A stretch of 64,000 nucleotides of DNA, taken from positions 186,001 through 250,000 of the forward strand of contig OW569380.1 of assembly GCA_937625935.1 (NCBI GenBank). The letters run 5' to 3'. Below the pieces are notes generated by a model that saw only the letters and a program-made list of their open reading frames with translations, did not search any database and had not been told where the DNA came from. The position numbers were made by a program, and so were the translations under genes. The stretch comes from Tetramitus jugosus (taxonomy: Eukaryota; Protista; Heterolobosea). Shown in pieces: positions 1-10,481 of the stretch (positions are counted from its first letter, which is position 1; the number at the start of each line of letters is the position of its first letter).

Positions 1-17
1 GTACGAACATTAATAGG

Positions 18-1565
18 ATGAACATCAATATAGGAACAACATCAACACCCAATGTACAACAACCACAACAACCCATTCAATATCCTACTACAAATAACCA
101 TAACAACACTTTTCAACAACAACAACAACAATCTTATTTCAATCAACCGCAACAACAACAATTCAATCAATCAACATCAATAGCATCGTCATCGTCATCA
201 TCTCAATCTTCATCATCATCATCATCTTCACCGTCCATGGCCTCCTCTCTGTTCATTACACCATCTCAGGTGCATCAACTGAATAATAATCATTACAGTA
301 GTGGTGGTGGTGGTGGTGGAGCAGCAAGTAACGTACTTTCGAATGACATGCTTTTTGGAAATTCATCAATGATGAGCATGTTAAGTAATAATAACAATAA
401 CAGTAATACAACGATCACGACACCAGTTAATGATGAAATGTGTACGTGTCCATTGCGTTCACTGTTGAATTGTCCTTGGTATGGCAATAAGCTTTCCTTG
501 ACGGTTCATTTGGAACAGAGCTGTTTCCCGCGTTTTTTGCGGGAAAATATCACCGCGGCGGAAAATGGTCTCCCCCAACAACCACAGCACATTCTCTTCA
601 AAGTGCGGGATAATATTGTGGCGGGAATGAACCAGTATTTTTCGCGGGAAACAATACTACGGAATTGCGCCAAGCAGCTCCAAGTGCCAGAGGTAGTGTG
701 CGCTGAAGTTTGGAAATGGATGCGCTCAAGCAATGAATCCTTTTTTCATGCATATGACATGATTACTCTCGTTGTTGGTCAAATTGAAATTTTTAATGAA
801 TTAGCGCAGGAGATGCAAGCCAATCAAGACACACGCTATCATTTCAATGATCCCAACGTTGGACTGCTCTTGTCTCAACAACAACAACAACAGCAAACAC
901 AATCACAAGTGCAGCAGCAACTCCAACCACAGCAACAATTCTTGTTGCAAAATGAGAGTCCAATGGTAGGTCATCAAACAACTGACAGCTCAAATGGTGC
1001 AACATTGTCATTGGATCTATCCAATCAACTGTTGAGACAAAACTATTCTCAAGCTTTGACACAAACCGCAGGTAGTCAACTGCCAAATTCCAATGCTTCA
1101 CAACAGTGGAGTTTGTTGTCACAGTTTCAACAAATGCAGCAACAAACAACACTGGAGAACAATAACAATGGCCGAAGCAGTAGTGCGGCATTGGTCAGTC
1201 CCACAACTGCACTTTCATCGAGAAATCAACAAGTATGGATACCTCAAGCAACAAGCAGCATGACGACCAATCCAATGATGAACAGTGGCATCGCAATGGG
1301 AGGTGCTTCTGCTGTAGGTACAACTACTCCAAGCAATATTTCCCCTTTAATGGTCAATCAGTTCGTTTCTGGTGGAGCCATGGCGAATTCTAGGATGAGA
1401 AAGGATGTCACAAAGTCCAAAGCACTCAAATTCCACAACTATAAGCAACCGACAGCAACCACACCAGGAGGTGGAAGTTCGAGGAGGCGTAGTGAATCAT
1501 CCACACCCATTTCCTTTGTGAATTACAGTGTGGCAAATCCTAGGAACAACAATAACTCACAATGA
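18..1565 (+). CDS. Q/N/S-rich low-complexity protein with one TRAF/SINA-like zinc-finger motif; function unknown
   Basis: 515-aa ATG ORF; motif CTCPL..LLNCPWYG....LTVHLEQSC within polyQ/polyS/polyN tracts. Confidence 0.7.
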   Translation: MNINIGTTSTPNVQQPQQPIQYPTTNNHNNTFQQQQQQSYFNQPQQQQFNQSTSIASSSSSSQSSSSSSSSPSMASSLFITPSQVHQLNNNHYSSGGGGGGAASNVLSNDMLFGNSSMMSMLSNNNNNSNTTITTPVNDEMCTCPLRSLLNCPWYGNKLSLTVHLEQSCFPRFLRENITAAENGLPQQPQHILFKVRDNIVAGMNQYFSRETILRNCAKQLQVPEVVCAEVWKWMRSSNESFFHAYDMITLVVGQIEIFNELAQEMQANQDTRYHFNDPNVGLLLSQQQQQQQTQSQVQQQLQPQQQFLLQNESPMVGHQTTDSSNGATLSLDLSNQLLRQNYSQALTQTAGSQLPNSNASQQWSLLSQFQQMQQQTTLENNNNGRSSSAALVSPTTALSSRNQQVWIPQATSSMTTNPMMNSGIAMGGASAVGTTTPSNISPLMVNQFVSGGAMANSRMRKDVTKSKALKFHNYKQPTATTPGGGSSRRRSESSTPISFVNYSVANPRNNNNSQ

Positions 1566-1682
1566 CAGCATCAGAACATAAATGATGGTGGCAGCAATAG
1601 TTTGTTAACGATTTTTTTACAATTCCTTCTCGAATGTATCAGTGTTAGGGTCAAGGAGGATGTTTAGGGCAATCTATTAGCT

Positions 1683-2910
1683 CTACTCTTGAGTTGGAGT
1701 AGACGATGCACCGTTCGGATTCATAATCTGAGTCAAGGTGGGGTGGACAAGGTTGCTAATGAAGCGGTTTCTCTTTGAAACCTCATTGTCCTTATACTCC
1801 AGGTCTCGCTTCAGCAATTTCTTCTTGTTCTTCAATTGTTGAATCTTGTTATTCAATCGAGTCGTCAGGCTCTTCAATTCATTTATCTCGTTCCAGGCCG
1901 ATTCAAGTTGAGACACCTGGTTCTGCATATCAGCGTTCAAGTTATTGATGTGTTCAGAACTTTCATCCAACCTTGAAGCAAGAATCTTGTTCTGTTCTAT
2001 CGCACGCTCTAATTGATTCTCTAGCGCTTCGGTGTGTGTGCTATCTCCTCTAGACGATTCTCTAAGAGCTGTCTCAATAACTTGCTTTTCCAACTCGCTG
2101 ATCCGAGCTACTCCTTCTCGATTGAGCTCTTCCAAGTGTCGTATTTTTCGCTTGTACTTGTGCACTTTCAGTTGCATCAGTTTGAAACCCTCTTTGTACT
2201 TTGATTTCAATTTGGCCTTGTGTTCTCCGTATGTGGATTTCAGCTTCTCTTCCTTTGAATGTAGCTCTAGTTTCAAATTCTCAAGCTGTTGCATTTCCTT
2301 TAGTTCATGTTTCAATGATCTTTTTCGATTCGTAGCATCAACCTTGTCTTGCTTCAACTTCAAATCAAGTAATTCGGCTTCCAATTTGGCCTTTTCTCTT
2401 TCCAATTGTTTAACCTTATCTAGTGCATATTCTTTCTCTATTTTCTCATTCGTGTATTCATAGTACCAGTTCTTCTCTCTGACTTCTGGTCTCTTGTCCA
2501 TTGTTACTTCAAGCAAGCTCTGATGCATCGAGTTCAGCAACTTGTCCTGATCTTCTTGTTGCTCTGTGCAATGAAAAAGTAAAAGAGAAAGAGTTGACAA
2601 ATTCTATTTCAATCTTAAATCACCAGAGAACTTACTTACTCTTGAGCTTGGAATGCTGTGATTCCGTTAGAACCAGATACTTTTCGAGGTCAGCTACCTT
2701 GTTTCGAAACCAATTGTTCTCCGATCTCAATAATTCACACTCATTCGCCAAATATTTTCGATCCGTTTCAATCTCATGGACCTTGTCCTCAATGATTCGT
2801 ATCGCAGCATTCTCTGTCGTCATCCTGGGAGCAGTTGTGGGATAGTTAACGGGACTATTTAAGAAATGAGGTTCAGTACGTGTACTCTTTAATAGTTTGG
2901 ACTTCTTCAT
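1683..2910 (-). CDS. Coiled-coil protein, two exons (intron about 2564..2639)
   Basis: ORFs 2632..2910 and 1683..2600 join in frame through a GTAAGT donor at 2639 and a TTGCACAG acceptor at 2564; heptad-rich K/E/L sequence. Confidence 0.7.
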
Positions 2911-3027
2911 TCTTGTTCGATCGGTTAGGGGAAATGAAGGGAGGACAATTGGAGAGATTATCGTTTTTTCAGTTTTAACATTCTTTCGTAGCTCGTAACG
3001 GTCAGAACAGAAAAATTCAAAAAACTG

Positions 3028-3109
3028 TGCATGCGGTGAGATTTGAACTCACGCATCCGGAGATATCCGAACTTGAGTCGGACGCCTTAGACCACTCGGC
3101 CACGCATGC
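3028..3109 (-). tRNA. tRNA-Leu(CAA)
   Basis: Reverse complement GCATGCGTGGCCGAGTGGTCTAAGGCGTCCGACTCAAGTTCGGATATCTCCGGATGCGTGAGTTCAAATCTCACCGCATGCA: 7-bp acceptor stem, A and B boxes, CAA anticodon, long variable arm, T6 terminator at 3019..3024. Confidence 0.97.
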
Positions 3110-3148
3110 TTCTTGCATTATTTCATTTGTCTATTGTGATGTGTGATT

Positions 3149-3165
3149 GGCTCAAAAACGCAGAA
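3149..3165 (+). repeat. Left target-site duplication of retrotransposon copy A (GGCTCAAAAACGCAGAA)
   Basis: Exact 17-bp copy at 6628..6644, directly after the poly(A) tail. Confidence 0.95.
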
Positions 3166-6100
3166 TGACGGACAATAACCTTTTCGATGTGAACGAAAAG
3201 CTGGGTACTGAGAGGTTCCACACCTTCTACAAGAAGGGCTCCTCTTCACGCATTGACACAGTATGGTGCAACAGAGCCGCCCTTGAAGATATAGAAGCAG
3301 TGAGAATGTACACTCAAAATGGTGTAGGCAGTGATCATGTTCCCACACTGTTGGTAGTGGAAACTGATAAGCACACTCCAACCTTAAGTGAACGCACGTC
3401 GTATCGCTTTCCAAAAGATAGGAGGGATCCTGGGTGGGTGGATTATGCAAAAAACGTTGTTAGTAAGTTGAAGAGAGGGTGGATTCAGGACTCTAACGAT
3501 GTAGATTCACAATGTGAACTTATCACCAGCACCATTCTTGAGCAGGCCCAGAAATTCCGTGATGTGAAAGCAACAAAAACATGGAGACAGAGTAGAAGGG
3601 AGAGAAGACTATTGAAACATAGAGCTTTGTTGATGAAATTTATGTCTCACCACGTATGGTGCTCCAAGCTGGACCGGATCTGCTCGTCCACCGGCAAGAA
3701 TGAACCAAGAGTCGATAGAGTATTGAGTACACTCAAATACATAAATGATTCACTCCACCAAGCAAGGGCGAAGAAGGCAACACAGAAGTACAGAAAGTGG
3801 GAGTGGGTGGCGAGAACGTCTGAATTCAGTGACCCGTCTAGATTTTTCTCTGCTGCCTCTGCAAAGAAGAGTAGTAGAGTCCGCCTTGCAAGGGTCACCA
3901 AAAACGGTATGCAGTACACAGATCCTCATATAGTTGGTGAAGTAGCAGCTGACTACTTCGAAGAGGCATTCAAGAAGGATGAAGCTAGCATGGGCTTCCT
4001 TGCACTGATGGATAGTCACAGCGATAAACACAAACTGAGGGCGGCTATCCAACCGTTCAAGACAGAAGAAGTCGCGGAAGCAATCAGATGGCTAAGGAAC
4101 AGGAAATGTCCAGGTGCTGACGGTGTTCATAACGAGATGGTCAAACTTCCTCGCACCAAGAAAAGAGACTTCAGGTGGGACTTGGCGGAGATCCTCTGCG
4201 ATTTCTTCAACAACATCACTGCTACAGGCAAGTTCCCCAGAGCTTGGAAGGAGTGTGTGATCATCCCAGCCTACAAGAAAGGGGACGTCACACGACCAGA
4301 GAACTATCGTCCTATTTGCCTTCTTAGTTCTTTGTCTAAGCTTTACACTAAGCTTTTGAATCAACGCATCTCGAAGGCGGCAGAGGAAGGAGGTGTGTTT
4401 ACGAATGTTCAAGGGGGTGCAAGAAAATTTCGGGATATCAGGGAGAAACTCTCCTTGATAAGGGGTGTAATTGACTTTGCCAACCGTCATGACAAGCAAT
4501 TGTACCTCCTATTAACGGATATCTCGAAGGCATTCGACTCGGTGCCGCACAACGCTATAGAAGCAGTGTATAGATTCTTTGGTTTTCCTGAGGGAATAGT
4601 GAAACTTGTCAGTGGTATGGTGCGTGACAATCATGCGCGGGTCTTGACCTCTTCGCTTTCGAGAAGGTTTAGAATAGGGAAGGGTACGAGACAGGGTGAT
4701 TCACTATCACCCACTACCTACATCCTGGTTCACCAAGTGGTTTTGTTATATGTGAAACATCAAGTGAAGGGATTTGGTGCAATGACTCAGAGACTGTGGA
4801 ATGCAGCATACGTGGATGATTGCAATCTGTTCGCTGAGTCCAGAGCGGGCATAGAAATTGCCGCCAAAGCAATGTCTACTGCTTTGGGCTGGCTTCGAAT
4901 GACAATGCATCCTGACAAATTGGAACTCTACGTCAGAAAAGTTGACAGTAAGTCATCGAACGACATTAATGTGGACGGCACCAGGGTGGTAGGGAGAAAC
5001 AACAGGCATGTGTTTCGTGCGCTGGGTCTGTACACGAATCTTAAGGGTGCAACCCAGAAACAGAGAGAACAAGCCTGGCAAAAGGCACAGAGGGTGGTTG
5101 TTAGGCTCAAAATAATGAGACTCACCGCAAGACAAGTGAGTCGGGTGGTGAACACGTGCATCCACCCTATATTTGCCTATGCATCAGAGTTTACTGACTG
5201 GACAGCTGAGTGGTTGGACAAAGTTAATGCACTGGGAAGATCCCTAGTGAAGTTCGGGTCGAAAGCAATGAAGATGTTCCCGACTGAACTGCTATCTATC
5301 GGCTCTGAGCTCGGATCAGTAGGACTAAAAGACATAGAAGAGACAATTGCTACACAGACTGGATGGTTCGTGTTCTCAATGATCAACGGTAAGAGAGACA
5401 CTGAAGCTCGTAGGCTGTTTCTTGACACGCTTGAGGATATTAAGCACCACCAAACATTCCAACAAGAGAATGTATTTCAGTCAAGCAACAGACTCGAGAA
5501 TGTCGCGTCAACTTACCACAAGTGGTGTGCCATCAGGATGCACACACATGGGATCAGATTAACTGTAAGTACGACTACGCAGTGTGATGAGTGCAGACTG
5601 GCAAGGTACGTGCCATCCACCACCCTCAAGAAACTCTACCTCTCAGGTATAGTAAGCCGCAATCAACTGCTTGTGGAGGAACAGCCTCTGTGCTTCAAAG
5701 AATTCAAGCAACTATTCCCAACATGTAAGATAGGTGCAAATTCGCACCAAATACTGAACATTTTGATTGCGCAGATGAGGACATGTCAGTGTCCCATAAA
5801 CCAAAACTCTACTAAAGATGAACCGGCTCTGTACAAGGGTAACCTCCGAGTCGAGAGTAGGGAACATCTGCAGTCCTTGTTCGATCAGGAGAGGAATGCA
5901 CGAGTAGAGAAGAGCGAGCGTTGGTGGATTCAAAAGGATGCCAACTACAGTGGAGCAGACTTCTGCTTTCTCAAGTACCCACACTCTGTTGACAGAAGGC
6001 TGGAATGGTTCCAGCTTCAGGTCAGAAGTGGGACTCTACATACGGAGGATGTTGTTCGATGTCTGTACAACACTTGTGATGAGCCCACAAAGTGTGTCTG

Positions 6101-6497
6101 GTGCAACAAAGAGCCCGAAAGTGTGTTGCACTGTCTCATTCGATGTCCAAGGGCTGTGTATGCAAGAAGGTGTCTAGCCTTGACAGTCAGTAAGGAGCTG
6201 ATCAGAATGGGCGTGTCAGCCAACAGCTGTATCGACATATGGTTCGATAATGTGAGACTGAAGGACGGCAAGATGGAAAAGCGTCCTTTGCGATGGACGA
6301 GCAGAGAATTTCTGAAAGGTATGATGGGCATAGAAACAAATGCCATCGAAGATGTCACCAACGGACTGGTAGAGATTGGGATCAAAACAGCAGAAGCCAG
6401 TAAGAAAGCTAAAACCTATGTGAATGGGGTGAAACGGAGATGTCTCACGACTCTCCTTCACCTCTTCACAACAACAAAAGCGAAACAACAGCAATGA
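3165..6497 (+). CDS. ORF2 of copy A: C-terminal part of APE endonuclease + reverse transcriptase + CCHC knuckle
   Basis: SRIDTVW and SDH (APE end); CPGADG, YRPICLL, DISKAFDSV, GTRQGDSLSP, YVDD (RT); CVWC..ESVLHCLIRC; uninterrupted frame. Confidence 0.93.
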   Translation: MTDNNLFDVNEKLGTERFHTFYKKGSSSRIDTVWCNRAALEDIEAVRMYTQNGVGSDHVPTLLVVETDKHTPTLSERTSYRFPKDRRDPGWVDYAKNVVSKLKRGWIQDSNDVDSQCELITSTILEQAQKFRDVKATKTWRQSRRERRLLKHRALLMKFMSHHVWCSKLDRICSSTGKNEPRVDRVLSTLKYINDSLHQARAKKATQKYRKWEWVARTSEFSDPSRFFSAASAKKSSRVRLARVTKNGMQYTDPHIVGEVAADYFEEAFKKDEASMGFLALMDSHSDKHKLRAAIQPFKTEEVAEAIRWLRNRKCPGADGVHNEMVKLPRTKKRDFRWDLAEILCDFFNNITATGKFPRAWKECVIIPAYKKGDVTRPENYRPICLLSSLSKLYTKLLNQRISKAAEEGGVFTNVQGGARKFRDIREKLSLIRGVIDFANRHDKQLYLLLTDISKAFDSVPHNAIEAVYRFFGFPEGIVKLVSGMVRDNHARVLTSSLSRRFRIGKGTRQGDSLSPTTYILVHQVVLLYVKHQVKGFGAMTQRLWNAAYVDDCNLFAESRAGIEIAAKAMSTALGWLRMTMHPDKLELYVRKVDSKSSNDINVDGTRVVGRNNRHVFRALGLYTNLKGATQKQREQAWQKAQRVVVRLKIMRLTARQVSRVVNTCIHPIFAYASEFTDWTAEWLDKVNALGRSLVKFGSKAMKMFPTELLSIGSELGSVGLKDIEETIATQTGWFVFSMINGKRDTEARRLFLDTLEDIKHHQTFQQENVFQSSNRLENVASTYHKWCAIRMHTHGIRLTVSTTTQCDECRLARYVPSTTLKKLYLSGIVSRNQLLVEEQPLCFKEFKQLFPTCKIGANSHQILNILIAQMRTCQCPINQNSTKDEPALYKGNLRVESREHLQSLFDQERNARVEKSERWWIQKDANYSGADFCFLKYPHSVDRRLEWFQLQVRSGTLHTEDVVRCLYNTCDEPTKCVWCNKEPESVLHCLIRCPRAVYARRCLALTVSKELIRMGVSANSCIDIWFDNVRLKDGKMEKRPLRWTSREFLKGMMGIETNAIEDVTNGLVEIGIKTAEASKKAKTYVNGVKRRCLTTLLHLFTTTKAKQQQ

Positions 6498-6627
6498 CGT
6501 TCTGCGAGCGTCATTGGGAATTAATCAGAAGACCAAGAGCCATCGCTCAATGAGCGATGGTTGATGAATATGTATTGATAATAAAGTGAGCAACCGCAAT
6601 GGTTGTATTAAAAAAAAAAAAAAAAAA
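3166..6627 (+). mobile_element. Non-LTR retrotransposon copy A (L1/Tx1-like), 5'-truncated within the endonuclease domain, upstream of tRNA-Leu(CAA)
   Basis: RT ORF, short 3' UTR, A18 tail at 6610..6627, perfect 17-bp TSD; lacks ORF1 and the N-terminal part of the APE domain compared with the copy at 23917. Confidence 0.95.
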
Positions 6628-6644
6628 GGCTCAAAAACGCAGAA
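6628..6644 (+). repeat. Right target-site duplication of copy A
   Basis: Identical to 3149..3165. Confidence 0.95.
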
Positions 6645-6648
6645 AAAA

Positions 6649-7811
6649 CGGAATCACATGTCTGGTGATTCAACAAATTTGGTGAAGGAATACGGCAACA
6701 GCCGTTATGCAGTGTGGACCACTGCACGGAAAGGCTCTAGGCCAAGTGACAGAGAGGTGGTCATTACTGGCAACGGTAATGGTGTCTCTCAGTCATCTTT
6801 GGCAAGAAAGATAGGAGAGGAGTTTGGTGACTGGCTCAATCGAGTCCAGGTCATCAAGAGGAAAGGCCAGCAACGCTTTGTTGCATGGGTGACGGTCAAG
6901 GGTGACCGCATCTATGAGTTTGTAGAGCTATTCAACAAACAGAGGAGGATTGGCAACAGCACTGCTGCACCCAAGCGCAGTGTTGATTGCACAAGAAAGG
7001 TGGTCGTCCATGGCATGAAGAACATGTCAGTGGACGACATCAAGAAGCTACTGGGACCTGAGAAGGTTGCCAGTGTGCTACAGAAGCGTGACACTGCTTT
7101 CGTGGTCATGGGTGATGAAACCTATGCACGGGCAGTGCTCAGCGGAGAGAACAAGGTCAAGGTCACGGTCATTCGATACGCCGAGAGACCACATGATCCT
7201 CTCAAGGCTGTCAACAAGAGGTTGACGAAGATGTACGAGGAGCTGCTGATGGTGGTTGACGGACTGCGTCGACAGGTCACAGAACTCACCAAGGAATTGG
7301 CAAAGACAAAGGGTCAAGGGGGCAACAAACAGGTTCCAATGCCGGAACAAGAATTGCCCAAGCCACTGCTAGGATGGAGACTCCTGAGCTAGTGGAGGCA
7401 GGAGAACAGAGGACTGTAGCAACACCACTGCCATCAGTGCCTTTTGTGCAGCTCAGTGCGGAGAACCGGCGAATTCTGGAGCAAGTGAATGCCACTTCTC
7501 CAGTGTTCGCCAGAGTGAAAAAGGAAATTGCTGCATTGGCTCTAGCTGCTGCACGCAAAAGGTATGGTTTGACTGAGGACGAACCAGTCATTGTGGATGT
7601 GGATGATGACTCTGAAAAGGAGATTCAGAGTCCACAACTCAATGACAACAAGAAGAGGAGTGCTAGGGTCACACTGGGTGATCTGATGAGCAACAAAGCC
7701 CAAAACAAGAAAACAACAAAAGATGGCTCTGTGTCCATCACTCACAAAACAAGTCAATAAATGAGCAATCGTGCGCAAGCACACATGGTTGTATGGAAAA
7801 AAATAAAAAAA
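6649..7811 (+). mobile_element. Non-autonomous ORF1-only retroelement copy B
   Basis: ORF1 homologous to 23927..25039, followed directly by the family 3' motif (TAAATGAGCAATC...ATGGTTGTAT) and an A-rich tail at 7797..7811, then a diverged copy of the target site at 7812..7848; no ORF2. Confidence 0.85.
6658..7760 (+). CDS. ORF1 of copy B (RRM-like domains + coiled coil), split by a frame change near 7374-7392
   Basis: YAVWT..REVVITG..RVQVIK..IYEFVELFN..VVHGM..TAFV matches ORF1 at 23927; 6658..7392 plus 7374..7760 total about 367 codons versus 370 for the intact ORF1. Confidence 0.8.
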
Positions 7812-7849
7812 TGTGTGATTCGCCCACAAAAAGAAGTCGCAGAAAAAAG

Positions 7850-8512
7850 GTGCGAGTGCGATTGATAATGGTGTGCATGCAGAATTCACAACCATGAAAT
7901 ACGTGTTGTCACCAAAACTACTCGCTCATACTGTGATAGTTGTTGATTGGACAGGTATGTACCAAGTGCAATTCTCAAGAAGCTTTACCAAGCTGGTATC
8001 ACAAACCGTGCGCAACTAATGGTTGAAGATCACCCTCTGTGTCTGAAGGAATTCAAACATATCTTCCCGCCTGCAAGGTCGTTTGAGGTGCTGAAAGTGG
8101 GTGTGGATGTGCCGAAAGGAAGAGGTCAGTCGAAAGTGCAGAACTGGACTTACACCAGGGTAATCTGTATGTGGAAAGTAGATCTACACTCTATTCGACC
8201 AAGAAAGAACTGCAAGAGTAGATGAAGACGAGCGGCGTTGGCTACAGCGGGCAGCAAATAACAGTGGCTCAGATTTTAGCTTCCTCAAATACCCCCATGG
8301 TATAGACAGGAAGCTGGAATGGTTTCAGTGGAACACTACACACAGCAGAGGTTGTACGGTATCTATACAACATTGGTGATGTGTAGGTCATGTGTAGCTG
8401 GTGTCAGAGTTAGCCCGAGAGTGTGCTCCACTGTTTGATCAGTTGCTCGGAATGGGTTATTGCGAGCCATGGTGAAACAGTAAATGAAGTGAACAACCTA
8501 TGCAACCGGTTT
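7850..8512 (+). mobile_element. Degenerate 3' remnant of the same retrotransposon family (copy C)
   Basis: RYVPSAILKKLYQAGITNRAQLMVEDHPLCLKEFKHIFP matches copy A RYVPSTTLKKLYLSGIVSRNQLLVEEQPLCFKEFKQLFP; further fragments YSGSDFSFLKYPHGIDRKLEWFQ and ESVLHCLISC with stops/frameshifts; decayed 3' motif near 8480-8512. Confidence 0.88.
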
Positions 8513-8521
8513 CTTCCCGAA

Positions 8522-9035
8522 TCAATTGTTCTTGCAGCATTGTAAGGTTATCTGGATGTTGACCTTGACAGAGTGCCATATGTGAATGAAAAGCAGGAAT
8601 GTCAAACGATTGAATTTGCAGAATTTCGATTTCGATAGATTGGTAACATCCACTGCGGCTTTGTTCATCGCTTCCTTAATCTCGTCTTCGTAGTAGTGCT
8701 CCAAGTGGGTGAGCATCTTTCCACACCAAACCTCTAATGCTAATTCATCTCCCAAACAATCCAGAGCAGGGATGTATATGACAAGCCAGCCAGTCTGAGA
8801 ACAATATTGGGTCATAAGGAATAGTAAACTAGCTCCCTCTGCTCCATAGGGCATGTCCCAAACTATCGATCATGTTTTCAGTGTCAAATTGACGCGACCA
8901 ATCATCAATGATGGCAAAGAGATAAAGAGCATCCTTTCTGAGCACCAAGGTGAATTGGCCATCTTGATTTGGCTTCAATTCTGTTGTAAATAAAAGAAAC
9001 ATGATGGTTAAAGTATGATCATTAGAAAGTCCCAC
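8522..9035 (-). pseudogene. Frameshifted fragment of a possible P-loop NTPase (DAP3/AAA-like)
   Basis: Two overlapping ORFs; YGAEGA-S resembles a damaged Walker A, followed by GWLVIYIP. Confidence 0.35.
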
Positions 9036-9245
9036 TAAATCCGATAATTGAAAAGTATTGGTTGGCTACCGGAATCTTGGCTCAGTCATCACTTTTGCTT
9101 TTTTGTTGGTCTATTGGATTCATTGGCGCGTGTCTTTCGTGACGAGTCTGGCTATCTTTTCCTTGGTCTAAAAATCAAGCCCTAACTTTTTCGTGTTTTG
9201 CTGGGGAACCAATTTACTGCATTCGAACAAAACATGCACTTATAT

Positions 9246-10481
9246 TTACATTGATTTTCTCCATTTTACCGTACCACATATCTTGTTCACCTCGCGATGT
9301 TGTTCTAGGAGCCAATTGAAACTGGCTTGACACACTATCATCAAAGCTTCATCATTGTTGAAATCCTTTTCGACCAAATACAAATCCTCCAATTCATAAT
9401 GAGGTAAGTGCGTACTTATCTGACTCCATATGTGAGCTATCAGTCTGTCCAGTGTTATTTGCCCCGCTACTTGGAAATTTGTCTCCAACATGAACACTTT
9501 ACTGAGAGTGAACAGTGTGACATGAAATGTTGAAACTTTTTGTTGAATTATCTGTTGTTTCTGTGGCTGCGGTTGCTTTTGAGGTTGGATATGTGGCTGT
9601 GGCTGGACTTGTCTCTGTTGTGTCTGTGGTTGCATAGGTGCGACTTGAGTTAGAGGTGACGACGCGACATCAGTGGACGCTGATGACAGTGGAGAACTAG
9701 GTGATCTCTCTGTATCATTCGTATCTAATCTAGTTTTTGGTGGAGTCCTTTCCATATAACTTGCTATATTGGCTTGTTTTTTCGCATCTGGTACGACAGT
9801 GCACGAGGAGCACAACCATTTTGGCGAATACTTTTTCAGTTTTTCTTGGTACCGAGAGAGACATCGTTGATGACTTGCCACACCACACATACTGCACCGA
9901 TAAAACACATTATTGCCCTCTCCACCTTCATCTTCATTCTCACGACTACAAATCGAACAACGAATACACTCACCACAGTACCAATTCTCAACAATTGCAT
10001 CATACGTCGTATAGGGCAATCCACAGCACTGCAAATGCACACACTTATCACACGCCTTACACATGATCAACAAGCTCTGTTTTTCACATCCTTGTTCACA
10101 CACTGAACAAACTTCCTTGCCTGTCATCATCATCATCGTCATCATCTCCTCCTCCAATTCTTCCTCTTGTTCTTCTTCGTCATCTTCATCATCTTCATCA
10201 TACTCTTCATCATCATCTTCATCGTCACTATCATTTCCAGCATTCTCAGCATGTTGGATTCTCTCTCTATAACGACGAGACAGATCCTTCTGGCTATTGG
10301 GAAACTGACGTGTCATTCCCAATTGTGATAAATGAAAGCCTTCATCGAGAATGTCGAGATCTAGCATGGAAGAAGCGAGTTCGTCATCAAACTCGTCCTC
10401 TTCTTCTTCACTTTCGGATCCGATATCTTCTTCTTCTTCTTCTTCGTCTTCAATTAATGGGTCATTGTAGAATGGGTTCAT
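9246..10481 (-). CDS. Double PHD-finger protein with acidic N-terminus
   Basis: CSVC..CKAC..HLQC..WYCGEC followed by CSIC..CSMC..HQRC..WLCSSC; probable ATG at 10481 (MNPFYND). Confidence 0.85.
   Translation of the reverse strand: MNPFYNDPLIEDEEEEEEDIGSESEEEEDEFDDELASSMLDLDILDEGFHLSQLGMTRQFPNSQKDLSRRYRERIQHAENAGNDSDDEDDDEEYDEDDEDDEEEQEEELEEEMMTMMMMTGKEVCSVCEQGCEKQSLLIMCKACDKCVHLQCCGLPYTTYDAIVENWYCGECIRCSICSRENEDEGGEGNNVFYRCSMCGVASHQRCLSRYQEKLKKYSPKWLCSSCTVVPDAKKQANIASYMERTPPKTRLDTNDTERSPSSPLSSASTDVASSPLTQVAPMQPQTQQRQVQPQPHIQPQKQPQPQKQQIIQQKVSTFHVTLFTLSKVFMLETNFQVAGQITLDRLIAHIWSQISTHLPHYELEDLYLVEKDFNNDEALMIVCQASFNWLLEQHREVNKICGTVKWRKSM

Noticed and set aside
3149-3165. Sequence-specific (R2/Tx1-style) target recognition
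   Set aside because: The two clean TSDs share no sequence and the insertions are outside the tRNA body; only distance and orientation are shared
3147-6497. Bacterial RT system (group II intron, retron, DGR) or telomerase
   Set aside because: APE domain, CCHC knuckle, poly(A) tail and TSD identify a eukaryotic non-LTR retrotransposon
6586-6657. N-terminal extension of the ORF 6586..7392 (polyK)
   Set aside because: It is read through copy A's 3' end, poly(A) and TSD; the real ORF1 start is ATG 6658
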